From assembly GCF_001194135.2 (NCBI RefSeq), contig NC_068982.1:51188305-51252304 (forward strand): 64,000 nucleotides of DNA. Direction: 5' to 3'. Origin of the DNA: Octopus bimaculoides (taxonomy: Eukaryota). A program made the position numbers and the translations under genes. The notes under the pieces were generated by a model that saw only the letters and a program-made list of their open reading frames with translations, made no database searches and was not told the origin of the DNA. Positions 40,261-49,966 of the stretch are shown in pieces (within the stretch, counting starts at the first letter, position 1; each line of letters starts with the position of its first letter).

Positions 40261-43200
40261 CATATACACACATAATATGCATGCATACATGCATATTAAT
40301 ATTCATTGTACTTTGTTTAAATTTAATTTCCTTGGATGAAAAAATGATTTCACATAATGAAATAATGAAAAAATACTAACAATTACTTTATTTTAATATC
40401 TACTCTTATATTATCACCATAAACTTTTCAGCACGATTTTCATTTTTTTGTGTATATTATCATTAATATATAAATATATTATGAGTGCATAATCTTCCTT
40501 CTTAGAAAATAATAAAATAATTAACACTTAATAGAGAATTCCTTCTTTTACAAAAGTTTGAAAAATGGAAGTAAAATTCTCAGTTTTTAAATTAACTAAT
40601 ATAAATATATATATATATATAGTAACAACAGTATTTTTATAACATTCAAGTTAGTTACAGGTAGAATAGCCAATAGTAAAATTCTGTTTCTATAATTCAT
40701 TAACATATCAAATTTTGCAAAATCATCTAATCTGTCTAAAGGTTCAGAAAAGCAAGGTAGTTTTATATAATGCTGTAAAATTTAAAGGTGTGTAAAATAA
40801 GATTATGTAACTTTTTGGCTTCTCTCAGTGGCATTATTAAAATGTCCACTTCCATCATAAGAAGGAAAATTAGAATATTCTTATAAATATTTATTAAATA
40901 TGATAGCAGACAAAATAGAGACCGTACAAGAGTTGTAGAACAATCTATTCGCTATATATAAGTGTGTTGATTTGGAAAATTTAATTAATTTATATGAATT
41001 GCTATGAGTTTTACAGTTAGAATGACTGTTCAATGCGGTCCACTAAACAAAAAATTAATGTACAAATATTTTCAGTTAGGTAGTTGAAGGCAAACAGAAT
41101 AATATGTCTTGATTATGGGCAAACTATTTTTAAGTCTAAATTTTAACTTTACTGTTAGCAGTCCACCTACTTAAACAGTTAAAAATATTCTTGTAATCAT
41201 ATATAGAATATTATAAAATTTGATTACTATGATTACTATTAACTGTCACCATTTTAGAATGTTAATGTTACATTATCTGTACAATTAAAAATATATTTGA
41301 TTAATTTTGGCAAACAAAAAATAAAATGATCATACTGGAATATTTCAATTTGCTTTTTCAATCTTCAAAACCATTCAAAATGTTTATAATAAAAACGTAG
41401 TTAAGCTTCATTATGACTAAAAATATTTGAAGAGTAGAATAACTTAGAATATATTGTATTGTATTTCTAGTATGCTTATGATACAATTGGCTTATTTTCC
41501 TCTTTCTCTTTCCATCAATAGTCCATTGCATGCAAAATATGCTACATACAATACTAAATGTTATCAGGTTTAATCTTTCTTAGTTTACTTCTAGTGATAC
41601 CTTACATATTCAGTTTGATTACAGAATGTATCTTCACTTCATAATGCATGCCTATTCCAGCATAATTCTGCTAATGCTTCTGTTAACAATCAATCTCTTA
41701 ACTGATTTTGCCATCAGCCTTTCTTTGCAAGTTATTTAACTTTGTCCCAACATGGATACTTAGTTTATCACATCATATCTCCTACATCTATTCCTCCATG
41801 CTTTGCTGCTATACATTGTTACACTTTTTTACACAGTGTGCATTGTACAAGGTTTGGCTTCTGGTATCTCGTTTCTTGAGCCTATTTACTTTTTATGGCT
41901 CATTTATTAAAAATAATGTTGCTTCACTAATTATCAAAATAATAAATTCTCACTGAACCTTTCAATTAAGCAGATATACTAGTTCAAGTGTCTCCTTGAC
42001 AGTTTGTACATCATTGTTTTTCTTAAAACACTACTTGTGATCTTCTGGAGATCTTCATTTTCTTGGTTCTCATTAGTGGTAGTCTTTCTTTATCTCATTA
42101 GAGCTTCTTGAGCAGTCACTTGTAATGAGTCTTTAAAGTCTCTTTCCTCAATCACATGCATATCTATCTCATTTTCTTGTCAAAAGTGTTTCTCATAAAT
42201 ACATAATCACTCATACAAATGTTAAATTCATTTACTTCACAGAACTCTAGTATCTTATGCCCTATTCTTCCCTCATGTTGTATCTGCAAGCTCCATGTTC
42301 TCAACCCTGATCACTTTTTTTTAAATATTATCACCTATCATTCAAATTACCCACACTAGTCTGTCATAAACCTGAGATTCTGCTTCATTCTTTTTTCATT
42401 AAATTTAATATATTTTCATTATCTGTTCTTTTTTCTGCAAATGTACATCACACCTTTAGTTCCTGGATTATTTTGTACTCAAAAGAACCTATATCATTGT
42501 CAGGGATATTTCAGTCTGATGCAATATACTGCCTTGCATGTTCAACACCTTCAAGTTACCTATCTTCTAACAGCTAATTCTACCTTGCTATTCTGAGATA
42601 AATTAGTTTATTATTAGTAAGGATGTTCATAGGCTAAGTACTACCAGTTGAATATTCTTAGAATTGCTTCCAGAATTGCACTCCCCTAAATCTGTTTTAT
42701 TTTTCATTAAATACAATTAACTAGAACAAATAGTCAATTTGAATTAAAATAAAATTTATTGATAATTTATATTTCTAATACAATAACAAAGTTCAGTTCT
42801 TAATTCCACAGAAACTTTTTTGACTTCAATTTTTTTGAACTTGAAACAAAGTTTAAAAAAACTATGAAAGTCAAATTTATTTGCAACTTCAGCCTTTTTT
42901 TATTATTTCTAATTTAAAATTACCCATTTGTAAGTAAAAACTAACAAAATATTCCACTACTAATAATGTGTTTGAGCTTAATTCTAAACATGGGGATATA
43001 CATCTTTCAAAACTGCTTAAGAAAAAACACATTAAGGTACCTAAAACCATTATTTCTAGTTTTACAAATTTTTTTTTTTTTCTAAATATTTCTCAATATT
43101 GGCTTTCATTGTCTCACATAACAAATCTTTACTTCAGCAAATGAGTTTTCAGTCTTCCTTAAGCACTTTCTCTGCTTGCTAACATCATTCTTTTCTCTTT

Positions 43201-46200
43201 ATAAGCATAGATTTTAACAATTATTGAAGCTCGCTGTTTATTTTTTCTGTTATACTCTCAACCTAAATAGATTTGACATTACCCTTTTCTCTGATCTGTT
43301 TTTGATTCTCAAATATTTTTGCTTTCAAAAACTCGATTTGCAAAAATTTTTTTCTAGTACAATTAGAATACTTATATAATACTCTTCATTTCATTTTGTA
43401 TAGGATGCAATCATATACAAAAAAAACATAAAGATGCTGATGAATACAGTTTCTTTTCTTTCACTTTTAAATATTATATTATTTAAGGTATCTAATTTGT
43501 TTTTAAAAGGTGAAAATTTGTGTGTACACACAGCCACTACCAACAGCAGCATCATGAATCCAATTCCTTGCTATTGTTTTAGTATTTGCTCTTCCTTGCT
43601 GGAATAAGTTAGACAGGTCCACTATAGGGTATGTTTATGTACACCTGAGTTCTGCATCATCTAATCTGTTAAGATTAATACCATTAGATCTGATCTGATT
43701 ACTGGCTTTCACCTCAGTGAGGTCTTTTCTAAATCTACAAGCTATGTCAAGCTACATTATATAACCATACAGTTGTAGGTTTTCACTCTTACAAACATTA
43801 AGCAGTGCTTTTAATGTCCAGTTTCTGTGTCAACTTGATTGATCCCTTTCACATAACAGTTATTATTTAATGGAATATACTCAATAAATTCATTTCCACT
43901 TTGTCATTTCTCTTATTCTATTGCCTAACTTTGCCCACTATGAAGTATTGTGCTTCTGACAGTGTCTCATTTGGTTTACTTTTGTCAAAAGGATTTCGTT
44001 GTCACCAATAGTGATACTCATGAAACTTGTCCTCTATGCTAAGTAATATTTCCACCTCCGGCATAAATAATGTTTCCATTTAGACATCTGTAAAAATCCT
44101 CTGTGTCTAGTACATCAAATGATCTGATTTCCATCAATTAAGAATCTCAATAGACCTTGTATGTTGTTTGCACCAATTATGCAATACTAAGTTCTTTCTT
44201 CTGCTTTTGCTCTAGTTATGCAATGCTAAGTTCTTATCTTCTGTTTTTTTTCTCTAGGGCCTATCTAGCAAAGATTACCTTATGGTAATCTTTGCTGTTT
44301 ACCATAAGGGCTTTTAACTCAAATTCATTCTTTGACATTTAGAGCATTTTTATAGTTCTTAGATTAATTCTGTCATCATGACAGCATTGTAGATATGCAA
44401 GAACTCCAGCAAATACAGCCTTTTTTATGATGGCCTCAAAAATAAAATAATGAAGAAGGATCTGTAAACAAAACCTTGACAAGTAGCTACTTATACATTA
44501 AATTTCTCATTTAGCTCTATGTCTATCTTGACATTATTTTTCCCCTTTGTTATACATGGTTTGAACATCCTTCATAAGTCATGCAGTCACACTTACTTTT
44601 ACTGACTAGACTATGAAAATATACGCTCTTCAAAGTCATCAAATACAAGATGTAGTTTTTGTTCTTTACCATAAACTGTTAGTCTTGTTGATTCCTCATA
44701 CAGACAAAGCCTGCATCCTATTTGGTTGAATGCTATCATGTACAAAATTCATAATTTGATTATTTAAACTTAATAATTTTTTTTTCTTGTACTTTGTCTT
44801 TAGCCTTGTAATAGTTAACAATACCCTAATCCCAGCCATTGAGAATAACTTTCTGAAAAAAACTTACTGACCAAGTGAATGACACTAACTAGATTAACAA
44901 TTCATTGTTACTAGGAGCAAGTACCCCAATATCACTTTCTGTTTCAGTACTAATAACAAACATTCTAGTTTTTCATCTTGTTATGCTTTTTCACATTGAT
45001 GTTATACGCTTTCCTCAAGACTGTTCCTCTGTTTTATATATTATCTGACTTACCTATATCTCTAAGCCTTTATGAGCATTTGCTTGTGCATTAAGAAGCA
45101 GGTTCTTGTTTCAGCTTCCATTATATTTTTGTTAAAGTTAATATTTTTCCTCTACTTTCAACTCTTTTCATCTGAAGTTAATTAAAAAATATATTCCTCT
45201 CTTGAATTAAACTTTTCCAACTATTTGTTTCTCTTCTTGTATAGGACAAAGCTGATCTGGTTGTTAGTACATCTACCTAGTATATAACTATTTGACAGGC
45301 TAACATTCTGAACCTTGTGATGCAGATTATATATTGATCTATATTATCCAGCAGCCTTCTTTTTTTTTTTAATGACTATAAAATCTGCTCATTAATCTAC
45401 TTTCCTTGATATGGCCATTAAAATTAATCATTTATCTTTGAAACAACTCTATATGTTAACATAAGATTTATCTTCACAATCTTTATTCATATCTGCATAT
45501 GATATTCAGTAAAAATCTTGTTTCGGTATCACTTATGCATATGTGACACAGCTATTGACATGTTTAATAACCTATAAAGTTAACTTATTTACTCCTTTAC
45601 TTTAAACTATTAAAATCTGAATTAACTTTTGCAATTTGTTTACATATCAAAAACCATTATAAGACTATCAGCTATGAAGTTAATTATTGTAAAATCAGGG
45701 CAAAATAGTAGTTCTTTAGCATGCGAAAAGTTTTTTTAAAGAAAATTAGCTTTAAAATAAATTAAATACTATTAATCTTACAAATCCTTATTATACATTT
45801 ATAATTAGAATATAAAAGTTGCCTATTAGAAATAATTTGTCTTTTTTATTTTAAATTTATTTAATTCTTTATACAATAAGTTACTATATTACTTTAGAAT
45901 ATTTTTTTTCCTAATTATAAGTTACTTTTCATTATATACATCATTTTCAAGCACTCCATGTTGTTTTGTAGGTTTCTGTAAATAATATTTCTTTAATGAT
46001 GTCAATATTATATTAGATAACAAGACAGCTTCTAATTAATTTCAAGGTTTTATTTTATTATACATTATGTATTCATTCTACATTTTTATGAAATGATCTT
46101 GGAATTTTTTATGCAATCAACTAAATGTACAGGGGCGTCGAGGAGAAAAAGGTTATCCTGGGCCACCAGGTGAAATGGGTATAACTGGTGCTATTGGGAA

Positions 46201-49200
46201 AACTGGTGCAAAGGGTTCATTGGGACTTCCTGGACCTCAGGTATGAATATGATTTTAATTTTTTAAATTGACTTTTTATGTTATTTTTTTACACAGTTCA
46301 TCATTTTTTTTTATATCTTAAAATAATAGTTGTTCATAATCCGGAGAATATTATTTTTTAATATAGCAATAAGCAAAAGTAAAATTGAAATGAAAAAGAT
46401 TTTATGAATATACTAATTTCTTACACTTATCTTAATAAATATCTTTTTACAGTGTGAATGGTTATAATTTAATAAATTAATGAATGCCTTTAGGTTGTTT
46501 GAGAAAAATGATAACACTTCATTTGTTATTTAATAAATTTAGAACTTCCTTAGTTTGATGTGATACGATTTTTGAAGAGATGACTCCATATATTTTAGAG
46601 GCTTTAGAAATATAATTCATAATATATGAGAAAATTAATTATACAAACTTACTCTGTTATTACATTTTTCTTAGTTTTACTATTGTCATTTAATGAATAT
46701 ATAATGATTTATATTTAAATGATATTTAAAATTATTTATATTTAATAATAACATTTATGAATTTATTTGAAATTCATCACTAAATAGCAATGTGAAACAA
46801 TTTTCAGGATTTATTTAAATTTTTACTCATTGTATATGATGGCATATATTCCCTACTAATATTCTTTATATTAGTAGGGAATATTAAATGAATTGTTAGT
46901 GTTTTTAAGCATTTGATATTTACTTAAGTATGTAACTGCAGTATGGTAGAAAAAAAACTTGGACAAAATATGCAACAAGGACATCAGGAAAAATCTTATC
47001 AATAATAATACTGCTGAAAATATACAAAACAAGAAGTAACAGAAAATATTTTACATCTCTGTAACAAGATACAAACAGAGATGAAAATATGAGTATATCA
47101 GGAAACCAGACACGGAGAACAGTCATTTACAATGAAAAATTCCATATTTTACACCAGAGAAAGCATTTTCTATGCAATGGCTGTTTTCATATTTATTCAT
47201 AAACCCTGCTTTTCATAAGCCTTTAACACCAGTATCCCATTTCTACAAAGGCCTGAGTTTCTTGTTCTTCTAATCTTCTAGCCTCATTAGATACCATTTT
47301 GGTAGAAACACATTTCTCTGTATACTCGATTATCATCTGATTTTTTTAACTTCTCATGTTCTAGCTGATGTCAGGCTGGACAACCTTTAGTACTTTTATA
47401 GAATTTACTCAGTTACATTCATTCAGACTAAGTCTCCAGTTTGAGCATATCTTCCATCCACCAGTATGTAGACTATGGGCAGTCTTCCATCCTTATTAAA
47501 AGATAAGAAGACAAATAGACATAACACACGTTATACAAAAGCAGAAATAGATACTGTTTACTTTTAAGGTTTGGATATTGAGCCAAGATATTCATCTCAG
47601 GATATCCACCTTCAATTTTCATAATATTTTTTTTTTATTAAAGTACCCAAAACAATAATGATGATGATGACTAGATAATATTACAATATTATAGAGTTCA
47701 GTTTAGTAGATGTACCAATAGTCTATGGCATCTAGGTAAACATTAGTTTGTCAGATATTTCAATGTTGCATATAAAATCCAAAATTTGAGAAATTTCAGA
47801 CTGAGAAAAAGTGGGTAATATATGCCATCAAATATGGTAACTGATTTTTATCTTCTTGTGCCTTAGAAAAATATTTTACATTCCTTATTTTGAATCTTAA
47901 TAATATGTATAGTTCTTATAGTAACATCAACATTTACCTCCATATTAATTTGTAAAACATCAAACACAACAAGTAATTATTCTTCATAATATTTACCTTT
48001 CATGTTTTACAATATAAAAAATGAATAGCCTAAAATAATTTTAAGTGCACATAACTCTACAAAGTCATAGTGTAATGGAACAAGTGGGGCTAGGGTAAAG
48101 GATGGTATAAATTTTATAACTTAATTTTTCTTGCACTGATTTGAGCCATTTATTTTTTATATTTATATACCATTTCTATTACCACTATCATCATCATCAA
48201 CATCATAACATCTGTTTCTCCATGCCAATGTGTCATGCAGCATTGCAGCAATCTATTGTCCTTCATTATACTTTTACTATGCATCGAGTTGATGCCTAAG
48301 GACCGAGATGATTAGCTATTTACTGCGCTTGAGTAAACCCATTTGTCATAGTGAAAATAAGGTTCTAAAAGCATTATGTTTACATCTGTACACTCTTACC
48401 CCTGCATCCAATCTGTCCCCATCAAGTCTCTCATTTCTTAACACCTATCCCTCCCTCCCTCACTCTTCTAACTACAGCAATGTTCAGTAATTATAGAAGA
48501 GCAAAATCTGCACATATTTCATCTTCCCGTGTACTATCAATCACCTCCCATCTCACTAGAACCACTTTATTTTCTACTGATCACTCTTTCTGTGCCACCA
48601 GTTACTTCAGCTTCCCTTCTGAAATACATTGTTGGACTGCCATACCTTAACACCCCCCTCATATCTCCTATCATTCTCAACACTTCATACCTGCTGTTCA
48701 TGCACACAACCCACTGTTTCCCTATATTCACTATAGCCCACCCCATATACTTCTCACATCCCTCTATATCTCTCCTGATCAGCCACTGTAGGATGCACTG
48801 TGATCCACCTTTTTCTCCTGCATGATGTCCCAGTCATCATCGACAATGATAGACAAGCATTACATTACCCCTCCCCCCTCTCTCACACACACATTCATAC
48901 TATCTCCCTATTTTCTTATCTATCTACAGGTTTCTTATACTGCTGCTCTCTGCCTTTGTACTGCCACACACCACCTCCTCCTTCCTGAATCCTCATTATT
49001 TTCACCTCCCCCATACCTATCCTGATATTTACTATCAACCACACTGCCAGACTTGTTCATTATTCACAACATTCATCCCCATATCTAACCATCTGTCACT
49101 TTTATGAACTCATTCACTCACACTTTGTCATCTTCTGTTTTCCCATCTTCTATACCCATCTTCTTGTACCTGGAGGATATAATTTGACACCTTTTTACCA

Positions 49201-49966
49201 TCATCTTTGTCTTCTTTCCAGCTACTCCTACCCACCTTTATAAAATGCAAGGTAGCCATGTATCTCATCTATAACAAGATACCTGTGCTCATATATCTAT
49301 CATACCTGAGCTTTTCAAAAGCTGGCTTAAAACTACCTCCCTTTCTACTACAACCTCACCTAGTTGGGGCTCTTTTCCTTTATATCTTGTGAGTTACTTG
49401 GCAACCTCACTTGTGTTGGAATCATGAAAAAGCATCCACTACACTCTATGAAGTGGTTAGTGTCAGAAAGAGCATCCAAGTATAGAAACCATGGCAAAGC
49501 AAACATTGGGGCTCAATGCAATCCTCTAACTCATTGGATCCTGTCAAACCATCCAACCCATACCAGCATGGAAGACAGATGTTAAAATGTTGTTGTTGAT
49601 GACGATGACGAAGGTGATGAGGATATTTTCTTTCAAAGTTGAGAATTTAATTTGTGGAGGATATTTTGTCATCTAAAATATCCTCATCACATATGTAGAG
49701 AAACTCAGAGTAGTGACAGAAGTGAATCATCACTTCTGAATAATTAAATAAACTGTAGTACATGCTGTTGATACTCTTCCATCCATTTGTTTTTGTGCGT
49801 GTGTGTGTGCATGTGTGCGTGTGTACGTGCATGCATGTATAAATCATCTATATTATTAAATCACATTAACATTTTTTTACATTGTCTTCCACAGGGCCAG
49901 CCTGGTCCCCCAGGCATCCATGGTATAGATGGTTTGGATGGAAAGCCTGGAGAAGCTGGACCACCT
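3666..49966 (+). CDS. Partial multi-exon interrupted-helix collagen gene (probable MACIT / collagen XIII-XXIII-XXV-like); 5' and 3' ends not identified in window
   Basis: 15 GT-AG exons join in frame into Gly-X-Y (809 nt), 890 nt with two non-collagenous exons, over about 46 kb. Family assignment is from architecture and remembered motifs (e.g. [10 protein letters not shown]), not a database search. Confidence 0.9.
4290..4960 (+). mobile_element. CR1/L2-group LINE 3' remnant
   Basis: Broken translation [13 protein letters not shown]...LFRA...LQPLGHR...YYGNYSSEL matches the post-RT region of CR1/L2-group ORF2 from memory. Confidence 0.6.
5548..5583 (+). CDS. Collagen exon [12 protein letters not shown], 36 bp
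   Basis: tttgcAG|GGT GAA AAG...TTT CCG|GTATTT. Confidence 0.92.
6073..6583 (+). mobile_element. Non-autonomous hAT (Charlie/Buster-type) element
   Basis: TIRs TAGTGGTTCCCAAA / TTTGGGAATCACTG; exact 8-bp TSD ATCTAGAA at 6065-6072 and 6584-6591; repeated GGGTCG subterminal motifs; transposase tail [20 protein letters not shown] at about 6389-6448. Confidence 0.9.
6761..6934. mobile_element. MITE with pogo/Tc2-like ends
   Basis: About 27-bp imperfect TIRs TGCTGTATTTTAACGTGTATAAAGAAC / GTTCCTTATAAACGTTAAAATACAGTA. Confidence 0.7.
7815..7850 (+). CDS. Collagen exon [12 protein letters not shown], 36 bp
   Basis: catttAG|GGA CCA ACA...CTT AAA|GTGAGT. Confidence 0.93.
8270..8700 (+). mobile_element. 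Degenerate CR1/L2-group LINE 3' remnant
   Basis: Frameshifted [11 protein letters not shown]...LQPLT...CYNGICSS, same region as 4290-4960. Confidence 0.45.
9190..9365 (-). mobile_element. SINE fragments
   Basis: Reverse complement ttctgagttgaggtcctgccgaggctaactgtacctttcatccttctgggctgataaa resembles the body of the SINE at 20287. Confidence 0.5.
10197..10223 (+). CDS. Collagen exon GSNGATGIQ, 27 bp
   Basis: cttgcatttAG|GGT TCA AAT...ATT CAG|GTATGG. Confidence 0.9.
10577..10960 (-). mobile_element. Near full-length tRNA-derived SINE
   Basis: Minus-strand head TGGAGGCTCAATGGCCCAGTGGTTAGG (A box) ...GGTTTCGATTCCC (B box); (AAC)n-like tail; 3' body shared with 52320-52415. Confidence 0.85.
11601..11820. 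repeat. 65-bp inverted repeat with 90-bp spacer
   Basis: 11601-11665 is the reverse complement of 11756-11820 with one mismatch. Confidence 0.95.
12351..12746 (+). mobile_element. tRNA-derived CORE-type SINE
   Basis: Head gtggctgtgtggtaag...gggttcagtccc, CORE-like ggcaccttgggcaagtgtcttct, 3' ggggtcgatt...gctccagcatggccgcagtc with simple-repeat tail. Confidence 0.85.
12747..13310. repeat. (TA)n/(TATG)n/(TG)n compound microsatellite
   Basis: Direct inspection; source of the YI-repeat ORFs. Confidence 0.97.
13522..13557 (+). CDS. Collagen exon [12 protein letters not shown], 36 bp
   Basis: ttttttcaaAG|GGA CCT AAG...TAT CCG|GTTTGT. Confidence 0.9.
15953..15988 (+). CDS. Collagen exon [12 protein letters not shown], 36 bp
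   Basis: ttctgtatatAG|GGA CCA GGT...GAT GTG|GTAAGT. Confidence 0.92.
17088..17400 (+). mobile_element. Diverged tRNA-derived SINE
   Basis: Head gaaggcacatggcctactggttagg; body gtccttgagttaggcactttt. Confidence 0.55.
18267..18302 (+). CDS. Collagen exon [12 protein letters not shown], 36 bp
   Basis: ccatttcAG|GGA CTA CCA...GAA AAG|GTATTG. Confidence 0.93.
19404..19475 (+). CDS. Collagen exon [24 protein letters not shown], 72 bp
   Basis: tttctttcAG|GGT ATT CGT...TCT AAA|GTAAGT. Confidence 0.95.
20287..20501 (+). mobile_element. tRNA-derived SINE
   Basis: gtggtgagctggcagaatcgttagc head, ctgagttcaaactcc B-box-like, ttatcctttggagtcaataaa body. Confidence 0.8.
20930..21510 (-). mobile_element. 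Internally deleted piggyBac element
   Basis: ORF 21373-21131 ends in the piggyBac cysteine-rich domain [35 protein letters not shown]; palindrome GGGTCCA-G-TGGACCC at 20951-20965; TTAA at 21505-21508; boundaries approximate. Confidence 0.75.
22985..23035 (+). CDS. Candidate non-collagenous exon [17 protein letters not shown], 51 bp
   Basis: attttcctttttAG|ACA GGA GTG...CTA AAG|GTATTT; phase 0/0, no stop, frame-preserving. Confidence 0.6.
23413..23442 (+). CDS. Candidate non-collagenous exon [10 protein letters not shown], 30 bp
   Basis: ctttttttctAG|GAT GCT ACA...ATT AAG|GTTTGT; same donor hexamer as exon 13522-13557; resembles the AEIRIIELK linker of the next exon. Confidence 0.65.
24957..25028 (+). 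CDS. Collagen exon with helix interruption [24 protein letters not shown], 72 bp
   Basis: gtattgttAG|GGA GAC CGT...TTA AAG|GTAAAT. Confidence 0.93.
25127..25862 (-). mobile_element. Mariner (DD34D-type) element, C-terminally deleted
   Basis: [16 protein letters not shown] start at 25688; WVPHKL and VTGDEKW motifs; breaks at EGLHV next to a terminal repeat; partial TIR match atgaataatgcagtttttt / aaaaaaccacattatttat; TA at 25125-25126. Confidence 0.9.
27149..28504 (+). mobile_element. Non-autonomous Helitron spanning an assembly gap
   Basis: A|TCTATATATATAAAAATGAGAATGTCTGTCTG 5' end; PIF1-type helicase C-terminus [34 protein letters not shown] at 28185-28292; hairpin CCCGG-GCAACG-CCGGG then CTAG|T. 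Confidence 0.85.
29410..29508 (+). CDS. Collagen exon [33 protein letters not shown], 99 bp
   Basis: acttttAG|GGT GAA CCA...GAA CCA|GTAATA; 11 perfect triplets. Confidence 0.95.
29711..29940 (+). mobile_element. CORE-type SINE 5' part
   Basis: tRNA-like head plus aaccttgggcaagtgcctttctaccatagcc, homologous to 12351-12500. Confidence 0.7.
30130..30790 (-). mobile_element. RTE-clade LINE 3' fragment
   Basis: [44 protein letters not shown], homologous to 60224-60598. Confidence 0.85.
30905..31027 (-). mobile_element. CORE-type SINE head fragment
   Basis: Reverse complement gagttcaatcccattgcatggcaccttaagcaagtgtcttctatgatag. Confidence 0.7.
31243..31269 (+). CDS. Collagen exon GPVGPRGPP, 27 bp
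   Basis: ttttgttttatAG|GGT CCC GTT...CCA CCT|GTAAGT. Confidence 0.93.
32411..32616 (-). mobile_element. RTE LINE 3' UTR with (GAT)n tail
   Basis: (CAT)n-cgtttaacgtccg...ggatgcccttcctaacgccaaccactc; homologous to 59778-59970. Confidence 0.8.
33455..33800 (-). mobile_element. piggyBac/PGBD-like transposase N-terminal fragment
   Basis: Acidic [13 protein letters not shown]...ESETNDSDD then, frameshifted, [22 protein letters not shown]; resemblance from memory only. Confidence 0.45.
34335..34370 (+). CDS. Collagen exon [12 protein letters not shown], 36 bp
   Basis: ttgttttgaAG|GGT CCA TCA...CGT CCA|GTAAGT. Confidence 0.93.
34950..35860 (-). mobile_element. Possible highly decayed Tc1-like transposase
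   Basis: Broken translations [15 protein letters not shown] and [10 protein letters not shown] loosely resemble Tc1 HTH and C-terminus; no TIR confirmed. Confidence 0.3.
38247..38255 (+). CDS. Candidate 9-nt microexon KRA
   Basis: Long U tract, then gtTGCtgaatttAG|AAA AGG GCT|GTGAGT; phase 0/0. Confidence 0.5.
38641..38733 (+). CDS. Candidate basic non-collagenous exon [31 protein letters not shown], 93 bp
   Basis: tttttctttcccctttgaAG|AAA CGT...AGT CAG|GTAGAC; phase 0/0, open; several CpG-containing codons in a CpG-poor intron. A second frame is also open. Confidence 0.55.
39764..39835 (+). CDS. Collagen exon [24 protein letters not shown], 72 bp
   Basis: ttttatttctcAG|GGT GAA ATG...CGC AAA|GTAATT. 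Confidence 0.95.
46133..46240 (+). CDS. Collagen exon [36 protein letters not shown], 108 bp
   Basis: atgtacAG|GGG CGT CGA...CCT CAG|GTATGA; 12 perfect triplets. Confidence 0.95.
49428..49621 (+). mobile_element. RTE LINE 3' UTR remnant
   Basis: ccactacactct...gcatcc...ccatccaacccataccagcatggaagacagatgttaaa plus (GAT)n-like tail; opposite orientation to the 32411 and 59778 copies. Confidence 0.7.
49895..49966 (+). CDS. Collagen exon [24 protein letters not shown], 72 bp
   Basis: gtcttccacAG|GGC CAG CCT...CCA CCT|GTGAGT. Confidence 0.95.

Noticed and set aside
48250-49400. Pyrimidine-rich stretch with several short ORFs
   Set aside because: Probably a decayed minus-strand LINE, but no motif could be read confidently.
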